Of a DNA stretch of 64,000 nucleotides, positions 11,606-23,429 are shown in pieces. How positions within the stretch are numbered: the stretch's first letter is position 1; the number at the start of each line of letters is the position of its first letter. Under the pieces are notes generated by a model, which made no database searches, was not told where the DNA came from, and saw only the letters and a list, made by a program, of their open reading frames with translations. Source of the stretch: Hemiscyllium ocellatum (taxonomy: Eukaryota); assembly GCF_020745735.1 (NCBI RefSeq), contig NW_026867444.1:248001-312000 (forward strand), given 5' to 3'. Position numbers and translations under genes: made by a program.

Positions 11606-13615
11606 GTGCTCGACCTCTTGATAGCCAACTGCCGCCGTGACATCAACCGACTCAACCTGTCCACCCCTCTCACCCACTCCAACCTCTCACCCTCAGAACG
11701 TGCAGCCCTCCACTCCCTCCGCTCCAATCCCAACCTCACCATCAAACCCGCAGACAAGGGAGGCGCGGTGGTAGTTTGGCGCACTGACCTGTACACCGCT
11801 GAAGCCAAACGCCAGCTCGCGGACGCCTCCTCTTATCGCCCCCTTGACCACGACCCCACCTCCCACCACCAAACCATCATCTCCCAGACCATCCAGGACC
11901 TCATCACCTCAGGGGATCTCCCATCCACCGCCTCCAACCTCATAGTCCCACAACCCCGCACCGCCCGTTTCTACCTCCTGCCCAAAATCCACAAACCTGC
12001 CTGCCCCGGCCGACCCATTGTCTCAGCCTGCTCCTGCCCCACCGAACTCATCTCCCAATACCTCGACACGGTCCTGTCCCCTTTAGTCCAAGAACTCCCC
12101 ACCTACGTTCGGGACACCACCCACGCCCTCCACCTCCTCCAGGATTTTCGCTTCCCCGGTCCCCAACGCCTTATTTTCACTATGGACATCCAGTCCCTGT
12201 ACACCTCCATCCCCCATCACGAAGGACTCAAAGCCCTCCGCTACTTCCTTTCCCGCCGCACCAACCAGTACCCTTCCACTGACACCCTCCTTCGACTGAA
12301 TGAACTGGTCCTCACCCTGAATAACTTCTCTTTTCAATCCTCCCACTTCCTCCAAACTAAAGGAGTTGCCATGGGCACCCGCATGGGCCCCAGCTATGCC
12401 TGCATCTTCGTAGGATATGTGGAACAGTCCATCTTCCGCAACTACACTGGCACCACCCCCCACCTTTTCCTCCGCTACATCGATGACTGTATCGGCGCTG
12501 CCTCGTGCTCCCACGAGGAGGTTGAACAGTTCATCAACTTTACTAACACCTTCCATCCCGACCTGAAATTCACCTGGACTGTCTCAGACTCCTCCCTCCC
12601 CTTCCTAGACCTTTCCATTTCTATCTCGGGCGACCGACTCAACACAGACATCTATTATAAACCGACTGACTCCCACAGCTACCTGGACTACACCTCCTCC
12701 CACCCTGCCCCCTGTAAAAACGCCATCCCATATTCCCAATTCCTTCGTCTCCGCCGCATCTGCTCCCAGGAGGACCAATTCCAACACCGCACAGCCCAGA
12801 TGGCCTCCTTCTTCAAGGACCGCAGATTCCCCCCAGACGTGATCGACGATGCCCTCCACCGCATCTCCTCCACTTCCCGCTCCTCCGCCCTTGAGCCCCG
12901 CTCCTCCAACCGCCACCAAGACAGAACCCCACTGGTTCTCACCTACCACCCCACCAACCTGCGCATACAACGTATCATCCGCCGCCATTTCCGCCACCTC
13001 CAAACGGACCCCACCACCAAGGATATATTTCCCTCCCCTCCCCTATCAGCGTTCCGCAAGGACCACTCCCTTCGTGACTCCCTTGTCAGATCCACACCCC
13101 CCACCAACCCAACCTCCACCCCCGGCACCTTCCCCTGCAACCGCAGGAAATGTAAAACTTGCGCCCACACCTCCACACTCACGTCCCTCCAAGGCCCCAA
13201 GGGATCCTTCCATATCCGCCACAAGTTCACCTGTACCTCCACACACATCATCTATTGCATCCGCTGCACCCGATGTGGCCTCCTCTATATTGGTGAGACA
13301 GGCCGCTTACTTGCGGAACGCTTCAGAGAACACCTCCGGGCCGCCTGAACCAACCAACCCAATCACCCCGTGGCTCAACACTTTAACTCCCTCTCCCACT
13401 CCACCGAGGACATGCAGGTCCTTGGACTCCTCCACCGGCAGAACACAACTACACGACGGCTGGAGGAGGAGCGCCTCATCTTCCGCCTGGGAACCCTCCA
13501 ACCACAAGGTATGAATTCAGATTTCTCCAGCTTCCTCATTTCCCCTCCCCCCACCTTGTCTCAGTCGGTTCCCTCAACTCAGCACCGCCCTCCTAACCTG
13601 CAATCCTCTTCCTGA
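11606..13615 (+). pseudogene. PLE reverse transcriptase / GIY-YIG endonuclease ORF broken by one in-frame stop (13346-13348)
   Basis: Motifs KPADKG, YLLPKIHK, GRPIVS, MDIQSLYTSIP, GVAMGTRMGP, RYIDD, LPFLD, Cys linker CNRRKCKTC and IYCIRC..CGLLYIGET. ORFs 11606-13348 and 13370-13615 are in the same frame. Confidence 0.92.
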
Positions 13616-13748
13616 CCTCTCCGCCCCCACCCCACTCCGGCCTATCACCCTCACCTTGACCTCCTTCCACCTATCCCACCTCCATCGCCCCTCCCCCCAG
13701 TCCCTCCTCCCTACCTTTTATCTTAGCCTGCTTGGCTCTCTCTCTCTT

Positions 13749-13784
13749 ATTCCTGATGAAGGGCTTATGCTCGAAACGTCGAAT
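13749..13784 (+). ncRNA. Minimal type I hammerhead ribozyme in the PLE terminal repeat
   Basis: attc-CTGATGA-a-gggc(ttat)gctc-GAAA-CGTC-gaat. Core intact, 4-bp stem II (one G-U), palindromic ACGT stem III, GUC cleavage triplet ending at 13780, 4-bp stem I attc/gaat. Confidence 0.8.
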
Positions 13785-14403
13785 TCTCTATTCCTGAGAT
13801 GCTGCCTGACCTGCTGTGCTTTGACCAGCAACACATTTGCAGCTGTGATCTCCAGCATCTGCAGACCTCATTTTTTACTCATGAGGATCTAACCGGCTCC
13901 ATCTGTAGAAACGAGGAGAAACAGAGAGAGAGAGAGAGAACAGCTTTCGGACCAGGATACTTATCTCACCGCAATGAAAATGCCCTGCATGCTATGATAT
14001 ATCAAAACGAAGTACTTTGGTGTGACTTTTGATTGTCTCCAGATTATGTCTTTTTCATTCTGTGATACACGGAGATAATGTCAGCATTGAGTATCACAAA
14101 GTATGTTTCCTCCATAAAACACTTTCCAACACAGTGTCTCCGTATTGTTTTACTCCCTGTTGACTCTTCCCTCACTCCGTCCCAGACCCAGAGGGATTGA
14201 TGTCCGGAGTTCATGAACCCGCACTGTGTGGAGGTTGGTGTGAAGTGAGGCCAGTGTGTTGGAGCTTGGGCCCCTGCCTCAGGCCCAGGTGTAGGGACCT
14301 GTTCAACAATCTGCACATTGTCCTTTTCCTCTTTCTGAATGTACTGGATCAAGTTGCAGTAATGAGCTGGCAACAAGGTGCCTTGTCTAAAATGCTCCCA
14401 ACA

Positions 14404-15496
14404 TTGGATACAGAACTGGCTGAGTCAGAGGAGATAGAGGGCAGTGTTGGAAGGGTGGTTTTCAGAATGGAGGGCTGTGATTCCTGGTGTTCCACAGGGA
14501 TCGGTGGTGGGAACTCTGCTGTATATGGTCTGCATTAATGATATGGAGGAAAGCGTATCTGGTCTAATTAATAAGTTTACGGTTAATACAAAGATTGGTA
14601 GAGTTACAGATAATGAGAAAGTATGTCAGAGGATACAGCAGGATGTAGATCAGTTGGTTGCATGGACAGAAAAATGGAAGATGTAGTTTAATCCAGGCAA
14701 ATGTGAGGTGATGCATTTTGAAAGATGATGTACAGGTGGGAATTATACAGTGAATGGCAGAATCCTTTGGAGTATTGATATGCAGCGGGATCTGGGTGTG
14801 TATGTTCACAGATCACTGAAGGTGGCAGCACAGGGAGGTAAGGCAGTAAAAAAGGCTTATGGCCTGCTTGCCTTCATTGGAAGGGGCATTGAGTGTAAGG
14901 ACAAACAAGTTACGTGCAGCTTTATCGAACTTTAGTACGGCCACACTTGGAATATGGCATACAGTTCTGGTCACCACACTACCAGAAGGATGTGGATGCT
15001 TTGAAGATGGTGCAGAAAACGTTTATCAGGATATTGTCTGGTATGAAAGATTTTAGTTCTGAAGAAATGTTGGATAGACTGCGTTTGTTTTCACTGGAAT
15101 GGGGGAAAATGAGGCATGACCCGATAGAAGTTTGTAAAGTTGTGAACGGCATAGGTAGAGTGTAAAATATGAGGCGTTTATTTTCCAGTTTGGAGGGATC
15201 AATTATCAGGGAAGAGAGGTTCAAGGTGCAGAGGTGGGGGAATTTAAAAGAGATGTGGGAGACATGTATTTCACACAAAGGGAGTTGAGTACCTGGAACA
15301 CACTGCCAGAGGAGGGGGTGGAAGCAGACACAATAGAAATATTCAAGAAATACCTGCACTAATGCATGATTAGGAAGGGAATAGGGGGACATGAATCCTG
15401 TAGGTGAAGATAGTTTCAGTGAGGAAGGGCAAAATGTATCAGCACAGGCTTGAAGGGCCGAAGGGCCTGTTCCTGTGCTGTATTGTTCCTTGTTCT
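14404..15496 (+). mobile_element. 5'-truncated CR1 LINE (RT C-terminus and 3' UTR)
   Basis: WIQNWL, GVPQGSVVG, RPHLEYGIQFWSP. Tail ctgtgctgtattgttcc. ttgg occurs at both junctions. Confidence 0.88.
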
Positions 15497-16149
15497 TTGG
15501 TCCCTGCTGTTGAATTGGATTCTCGGGAGCCAGCTCCGTATGAAGAGCCTGTTCTCATTCTTTTGTTGGAGTTCATGGGGCAGCTGCTGCTTCCTTGCTA
15601 CGTCACTGATCAAACCAACAAATTGGGAAGCCTCTTGATATTTTAAATACACTGTCTGCAGGAAAATGTTTGACCGAGGTTTTAATATTGTTTAATAAGA
15701 GAATGACGTCAATACACCAGTGTTGTTTACGGCTGGGAACATTTAATATCATGGTCTGAGAATTCAATGGATCCTCACTCGTGACAATACAGTTTTCAAT
15801 GTTTCTCTCCCCTTACGTGTTATGAAGAAGTTTTCAAACGTGTTATGATGAGGACAGTGCATCTTCAACACCGTGTGACGGAGTGGGTGGCTGTTTGAAT
15901 TCTCACTTATGATAATACAGTTTTAAATGTGTCAGTGTTGCTTTCCCCACTCTCTGGGGGGAATCGCTGTCACTGTCTCCACCCCACCCTTCACTCTCGA
16001 GGTGATACCATTTTTAGCAACCTTTCTGTCTGAGAATGTCCCTGTTCTTGTGCCCCTCTCTCAGGGATGGGGTGGGTGTTTCACATGCACCTGGTTTGTT
16101 AGTTCCACTTACTCTCTTGTGAAATGGGTAATCCCTGTTTTACTCTGGT

Positions 16150-16460
16150 AACAGTGAGTTAAAACCCAGTAGAGTTCACCTTCATCTCCATCATATCTCA
16201 GAGCCTAAGGTTGGTCAGTACTGTCTGGCTCCAGAACAATCCCACCACTTCCCGTAGTTTTCCTTCTTTCCTATCTTTACTGAACACTTTGGATCCAGGA
16301 ATTCCCAGTCCCGCCCGATCTCTGTTAGAGCCACAGCATCAGATTTCTACTTTGCAATCTGCATCTGTAACTCCCCAATACTGTATTATTGACCCATTTC
16401 AGTCTGTTTCCCATCAGTCAGGGTCCTTAATTGGCAAAGGCTGACTTTAAATAATCTCAG
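16150..16460 (-). mobile_element. Old CR1 endonuclease fragment
   Basis: The minus strand gives a degenerate IPGSKVFSKDRKEGK-type APE N-terminal segment. Confidence 0.55.
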
Positions 16461-17141
16461 TGACTGTGGAGACCTGGTGAGGTTGGGAAAAATCAGAAGG
16501 ATCAGTTGCCCCTTTTGTATTATGTACAGGGCCCGGGACACAACAACGGGACCCCAGGGGGCCAGTTGTGCTCGGGTCTGGGACTGAGGAGCAAGAGCGG
16601 GGTCTGTAATCTCTGATCGCTGTCCCTGATTTGTGGGTCCTCTCTGATGGAGACCATTGACAAATCCATTGTCAAGATCGCCACCTCTTGGCCTGGAGAA
16701 GCAAGAACATGCAGTGCTCGTGGGAATAACCTGAAAGTGATCAGAGGACAAGGTCAAAAATCATACGACACCAGGTTATAATCCAATAGGTTTATTATAA
16801 GACACAAGCCTCGCCCCTTATTCAGGTGCTCAAGGAGCAAACAAGGTGAATTTATTCAACAGAGAAAACAAACTCTGCTGTTCATTTCCTTCTCGGTTGA
16901 CTCGGTTGAATATCACACACACACTCAGAGTGGCACCTACAGGCATCATTATGTAGTATACTCGCACTCAGAGGAACACACAGCCTGCAGTGTTAGTGAT
17001 TGGCCTAAGATCACTTCAGGTACAACACAGCATGCAGCAAAGAGTGCAGAGTGCAATCCCAGCATCTGAGACTGGACCACAGAGTGAAGAGGGAATGTCG
17101 AAGATTGTAATTATTGAGTCCTAACAGCTTTGTGTTTCTCG

Positions 17142-18446
17142 GTAAAAACAAGGACTGCAGATGCTGGAAACCAGAGGCTAGATCAGAGTGGTGCTGGAAA
17201 AGCACAGCAGGTCAGGCAGCATCCATGGAGAAGGAAAATCAATGTTTCGGGCAAAATCCCTTCATCAGGAATAGAAGTAGGGTGGTGCAGAGTGGAGAGA
17301 TAAATATGAGGGGGTTGGGGAGAAAGTAGCATAGAGTATAATAGGTGAATGGGGTGGGGACGGAGGTGATAGGTCAGAGAGGAGGGTGGAGTGGATAGGT
17401 GGAAAGGTAGATAAGCAGGTAGGACAGGTCATGAGGATGGTGCTGAGGCTGGAACGTTGAAGTTGGGGTGAGGTGTGGGAAGGTGAAATGAGGAAGCTGG
17501 TGAAATCCACATTGATGCCATGGGATTGAAGTGTTCGGAGGCGGAAGATGAGGCGTTCTTCCTCCAGGCGTCGGGTGGTGAGGGAGCGGCGGTGGAGGAG
17601 GCCTAGGACTTGCATGTCCTCGACAAGGTGGGAGGGGGAGTTGAAATGTTGGGCCACAGGGCAGTGGGGTTGATTGGTGTGCTTGTCCCTGAGGTGTTCC
17701 CTAAAGTACACTTCAAGGAGGCGTCCAGTCTCCCCAATATAGAGGAGACTGCATCGGGTGCAACGGATACAATAAATGATATTGGTGGATGTGCAGATAA
17801 AAATTTGATGGATGTGGAAGGCTCTTTTGGGGCCTTAGATGGAGGTGAGGGAGGAGGTGGGGGGCGCAGGTTTTGCAATTCCTGCGGTGGCAGGGGAGGG
17901 TGTCAGGAAGGGAGGGTGGGTTGTTGGGGGACGTGGACCTGACCAGGTAGTCACGGATGGAATGGTCTTTGCGGAAAGCAGGAATGGGTGGGGAGGAAAT
18001 ATATCCATGGTGGTGGAGTCCGTTTGGAGGTGGCGGAAATGTCGTCGGATGATGTGGTTTATGCGAAGGTTGGTAGGGTGGAAGGTGAGCACCAGGGGGA
18101 TTCTGTCCTTGTTATGGTTGGAGGGGTGGGGTTTGAGAGCGGAGGGGTGGGATGTGGACGAGCTGCGTTGGAGCGCATCTTTGACCACGTGGGAAGAGAA
18201 ATTGCAATCTCTAAATAAGGAGGCCATCTGGTGTGTTTTTTGGTGGAACTGGTCCTCCTGGGAGCAGATATGGCGGAGGCGGAGAAATTGGGAATATGGG
18301 ATGGCATTTTTGCAAGAGGTAGGTTGGGATGAGGTGTAATCCTCAGGGTCAGTAGATTTGTATAAAATGTCAGTGTCAAGTCGGTCATCATTAATGGAGA
18401 TGGAGTGGTCCAGGAAGGTGAGGGAGGTGTCAGAGATGGTCCAGGT
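17142..18446 (-). mobile_element. Second Neptune-type PLE fragment (RT thumb, GIY-YIG, 3' end), decayed
   Basis: CKNAIPYSQFLRLRHICSQEDQF, FREHLRDKHTNQPHCPVAQHFNS, RRLEEERLIFRL. Degenerate hammerhead at ~17240-17272. Confidence 0.9.
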
Positions 18447-18680
18447 GGTCATTAATGGAAATCTGTTTGGAATCTTGTAACCTCAAATGATTCCAGATCA
18501 AAGGGATCATTTGAAAGTGATTGATGATTGGCTGTCAGTATCCTCTACAACGGATGTGTCATTGATTGACAGGCCAATGAGCCAATTGTGACAATGCCAT
18601 GCTGAAATGTAGCCAATCAGCTGAATGGAGTGGTCAATCTCCAAAGCGCACACAGAGACAGAGACTGAATCTTCTTCATC

Positions 18681-18686
18681 TTTATT
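18681..18686 (-). terminator. Polyadenylation signal of cluster B C exon
   Basis: AATAAA on the minus strand, in sequence collinear with cluster A 1140-1210. Confidence 0.65.
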
Positions 18687-19212
18687 CCCCTTTCCAGATT
18701 GACATTGACAGAAAACAGACTGCAATTAACAGCCCAGACAGAGGAAGCTGCACAAATTCACAGCCACAATGGAGCTTGAGGAAAACACTTGTGGAGGTTT
18801 TCTCAATAGCACGAGAATCCTGTCCCTTCAAACAGTGACAAAACCTTAAATTGGAACTGGCGGCTGAGCAGGAAGGAGATCTGGTTTACTGAAACAGAGA
18901 CTTCTGAGGTTCACATTGTTTTGTACAGCTGACAGTCTTTAGCAACTTCAAGAGATTTTACTTGGCATCACAACTCAACTCTGTCCCAATCAAACACTCC
19001 CAGAACAGGGACAGCATGGGGTTTGACACAGTGTAAAGTTCTATCTACAGTGTCCCAATGACCTGCCATAACCCCTGAACCTCAGAAATGTCTCTGATTC
19101 GGTCCTGAGAAGGAAGAGAGTTGAAATTCAGTTCTGACAATGACATTTGTCCTGCCAGCTCAGCCCTGTTCTATTTAAAGTTGTGTCTCCTCTATGGACT
19201 GTCTTGAACACT

Positions 19213-19515
19213 CTACATGCATTCTGATCTCCTGATGCTCTTGCTGAGGGGAGAGGGGAGGGTCACGTGTGTGAGGCCAGTCAGACCCAGAGAGGGTCAG
19301 CAGGCTGCTGACACTGTAGGTGCTGTCTGAAGCTCGCAGGTAGTTGCTGGTCTGAACCCCGTCCAAAATGACTGCACCGTCCTTCTTCCACTGCACCTCC
19401 AGTTCATCGGGATAGAAGTGATTGGCAAGGCACTCCAGGGTGGCAGTGCCCTTGGCATTGACCTGCTCCGGGGAGGGAGGCAGCAGGGTCAGCTTGGGCT
19501 GAGAGTTCTCGCAGC
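19213..19515 (-). pseudogene. Ig light chain C exon of cluster B, pseudogenised
   Basis: Paralogue of 326-654 with an intact acceptor (19516-19520). A +1/-1 indel pair lies near the 5' end. A 26-nt deletion removes the second Ig cysteine and frameshifts the tail. Confidence 0.93.
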
Positions 19516-20099
19516 CTGAAAGACAAGAGAAACAATTTTAATCCCTGTTATTTGAAGGGATTTTAACTCTCTGAACATTCACTGGCAAAACAATCCATTT
19601 GAACATTTGTAGCCAATACCTAACAAAGCCCAGAAATAAACAGGTATTGTTCAAATTGCTTCTTGGATGTGAGTGTCACTGCTAGGATCAGCATTCATTG
19701 CCCATCCCTAATCACCCAGAGGGCAGTTTAGAGTCAACCACATTGCTGTGGGTCTGGAGTCACATGGTAAGGATGGCAGGTTCCTTCCCTAAAGGACATC
19801 AGGGAATCAGATGGCTTTTTCCTGACAATCAACAATTGTTTCACTATCATCATTCGACACTTAATTGTAGATTATTTTATTGAATTCACATTCCACCATC
19901 TGCTGCAGCAGGATTCTAACTCTGGCCCCCAGAACATTAATCTGGATCTCTGGATGAACAGCTCAGCAATAGTACCATTAAATCATCACCTCCTTTATCT
20001 TATTTTTAGTTGCAAGTGAAAGCAAGAAGTTTGTTTCTGAGCAGGGTGATTAGAAATAGAACAACTGAAAGACTCCCAGTTCAACCCAAAAAAGATTAG

Positions 20100-20855
20100 T
20101 TCCTTGAAAGTGGAGTTGCAGGTAGGTAGGGGGGTGACGAAGTCATTTGGCATGCTTTCCTTTATTGGGCAATGCATTGAGTATTGGAGTTGGGAGCTGA
20201 TGCACCTGTATAGAACATTAGTTTGGCCCCTTTTGGAATACTGTGTGGAATTCTGGCCTCCCTGCTGTAGGAAAAATGTTGGGAACCTTGAAATGATTCA
20301 GAAAATATTTCCAAGGATGTGCCAAGTTGGAGGGTTGGAGCGATCGGGAGAGGCTGAATAGGCTGAGGCTATTTTCCCTGGATGGCTGGAGGCTGAGGAG
20401 GTGACCATATCGAGGTTTCTAACATAATGAGGGACATTGATCAAGTGAATAGAGAAGATATTTTGGTCAGAGTGAAGGAGTCCAGAACTAGGGGGCATAG
20501 GTGGAAAGTATCAGGAGAATGATTTAAACGGGAACTAAGGCATAATGTTTTACTGCAGAGAGTGGTACATTTTTGGAATGAGCTGCCAGAGGAAGTGGTG
20601 GAGGCTGGTATGATAACATTTAAAAGGCATTTGGGTGAGTATATGAATAGGAAGGGTTTGGAAGGATATGGGCCAAATACTGACAAATGGGACTAGATTA
20701 ATTTAGGTTATCTGGTCGGCATTGCCGAGTTACACAGAAGGATCTATTTCTGTGCTGTACATCTCTCTGACACTATGACTCTATGTCTCTGTGGTTGACA
20801 TGGATGAGTCAGATCGAAGAGTCTGTTTCCATGCTGTACATCTCCCTGACTCTAA
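20100..20855 (+). mobile_element. CR1 3' fragment(s)
   Basis: YRTLVWPLLEYCVEFW, with a 3' UTR tail ctatgactctatg. Confidence 0.8.
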
Positions 20856-21334
20856 TTGTGTTTCAATCAAGCCCTCGGCACCTCAGGCTCTCCCAAAGAC
20901 AGTTACACTTTGCTTGAAAACCAGTCACTGTTGCAATTTCAGGAAAGGGGCAGCCAATTTCTGCACAGCAAGATCCCACTGGAAGCAATGACATCAAAGA
21001 GCAATAATGATGTTGGCTCAATGAATAATATTGGCCTGAACTCAACCCAAAGAGAAAGTAATTTGGTTCAGTTGAATGGAAACTGAGAAAATAGAAGATA
21101 AAGGAGAAGGTAGGATTGCTAGTTAGTGATGGGATTGATTGTTACAAGTACATTAAAGGAGGAGATGGAATTTTTGAACATCAAAGGAACCATAAAAATG
21201 CAGGGAAAATCAATAATAGATCAAACTTAAAGATTTTGTGTCTAAAGTGCACGAAGCATTCCGAGTCAGGGAGACAAAGTGATGCCCCAAATCGAGGTAA
21301 ATTGAATTTCCAAATAATTTAAACTATTTAAAGT

Positions 21335-23330
21335 GGAGGAGGGCTCAGGAGAGGTTAGCAAAGCTTCTAGAAGATGTAATAGAACTGAGAGCATGGAAGG
21401 GATCAGGAATCAAATGCCAAGCACAGCAGATAAGAGGACAATGATGAGAAGGAGGGCAGTCAATGTAGGACTGAGGGTGTTGTACTTAAATGCACAAGAT
21501 ATACACAATAAGCTTGTAGTACAGTCAGAAGGTGTAGAATCTGTGTGGGGAGTGTTGAGGAACCCAAGAAATAAAGAATCTGATGCAAGTTCAGGTCTCC
21601 AAGCAGTAAACAGGGTGTGGGGAAGGAAATCAATCAGGAGACAGAAAAGTCATAAAAAAAATGTCAGGGCAGACTTCAATGGAGAGGTGGATTGGGTAGC
21701 ACGTCTCAACAAAAAGATTTCATGGAATGTCTATGAGATGGTTTTTGAAGCAGCTTGCGGTTTGGAACAGGCAGTTCTGGATTCAGTGATGTGTAATGAG
21801 GCAAACTTGGTCAGTGAGCTGAAGATGAAAGTGTCCCTCTGGATAAATGACCATAATACGATAGAATTCCCCCTGCAGTTTGAGAGGGAGAAGCTGCAAT
21901 CAGATGGAACAGTATTTCAGTTGAGTAAAGGGAACGACAAAGACGTGAGGAAGGAGCTGGCCAGAGTTGATTGGAAGGGGAGCTGAGCAGGTAAGATGGT
22001 GTGGCAGCAAACAGCAGGGTTTCTGGGGGTAATTCAAGAAGCAGAGTAGGAATTTATCCCTAAAAAGAAGAAACACACTAAGGGGAGGACAATGTAATCA
22101 TGGCTGATGAGGGAGGTCAAGGACAGCATAAAAGCAAAAGAAAAAGCACACAATGTGGTGGAAAATAGTGGGAGGCCAGAGGATTAGGAAGTCTTTAAAA
22201 ACCTGTAGAGGATAACAAAAAAAAACATTCAGGGTACAGAAGGTGAAATGTGGGGGAAAGCGAGCCAGTAATATAAAAGAATATTGCAAGAATTTCATCA
22301 GATATATAAAAAGGAAGAGGGAGGCAGAAATAGACATTGGAAAAGGAATAATAGGAAATGAAGAAAAAGCAGAGGAATTGAATACATACATTACATCAGT
22401 CTGCACAATGGAAAACACCAGCAGTGTCCCAGTACTTCAAGACTGTCAGGGGGCAGAGGTGAGTGCAGTGGCCATTACTCAGGAGGAGGTACTGGGGAAG
22501 CTGAAATGTCTGAGTGTGGATAACTCACCCAGACTAGATGAATTACACCAGTGTGTTCTGAAGGAGATCACCGAGGAGATTGTGGAGACATTTTTGATGA
22601 TCTTTCAGGAATCAATGGAGTCAGGGAGTGGAGGTATTTTCTAAATGAGGAAAGCCTTTGGAAATCTAAAGCACAAACTTCATTCAGGATTTTCTTAAGG
22701 TTAACAGGCAGGTCCAGTTTGTGCTTGGGAAGGCAAATGAAATGTTCGCATTCATTTCAATAGGGCCAGAATAGAAGAGCAGAGATGTACTGCTGAGGCT
22801 GTGTAAGGCTCTGGTCAGTCTGAATTTGGAATATTGTGAGCAGATTTAGGATCCATATTCTTTGAAACGATGTGCTGGCATTGGAGGGGTTTACAAGAAT
22901 GATCCTGGGGATGGAGGGCTTGTCATATGAGGCACGGTTAAGGACTCTGTGTCTGTACTCAATGGAGTTTAGAAGGATGAGGAGGGATCTTATTGAAATT
23001 TGCAGAATACTGATAGACCTGGATAGGGTGGATGGGGAGAAGATGTTTCTGAAAACAGGAGAGACGAGGTAACCAAAGCACAGCCTCAGAATGAAGGGCC
23101 GACCCTTTCGAGATGAGATGAGGAGGAATTTCTTCAGCCAGAGGGTGGTGAATCTGTGGAACTCATTGTTACAGAGGACAGGGAGGCCAAGTCACTGAGT
23201 GTATTTAAGACAGAGATAGATAGGTTCATGGTTGTTAAGGGGATGGAAAGTTCCTGTGGAGTAGGCAGGAGAATGGGGGTGAGAAGCATATCTGCCAAGA
23301 TCAAATGTTTTCTGGAGAGTTTCTCCAAAA
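21335..23330 (+). mobile_element. Internally deleted CR1 (ORF2 endonuclease and RT pieces)
   Basis: LRVLYLNAQ, DHNTIEF, ELARVDW, RMILGMEGLSYEARL. Confidence 0.8.
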
Positions 23331-23429
23331 CCCTGGAACACTGAACCCACTGAACACTGGACTGTGAGCCCTGATTTAGCTGTTTGTCATCACAACTTTG
23401 CAAAGAGATAATCCAAGAGTGGAGAGAGT

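Larger units (their letters stand above)
11588..13877 (+). mobile_element. Penelope-like retroelement (Neptune-type), 5'-truncated, with 13-bp TSD
   Basis: RT plus GIY-YIG ORF. Direct repeat ctcatgaggatct at 11575-11587 and 13878-13890. Hammerhead in the 3' terminal region. Confidence 0.93.

Noticed and set aside
12083-13514. Several long overlapping ORFs on other frames or the minus strand of the PLE
   Set aside because: Shadow ORFs caused by the C-rich codon bias of the real RT frame.
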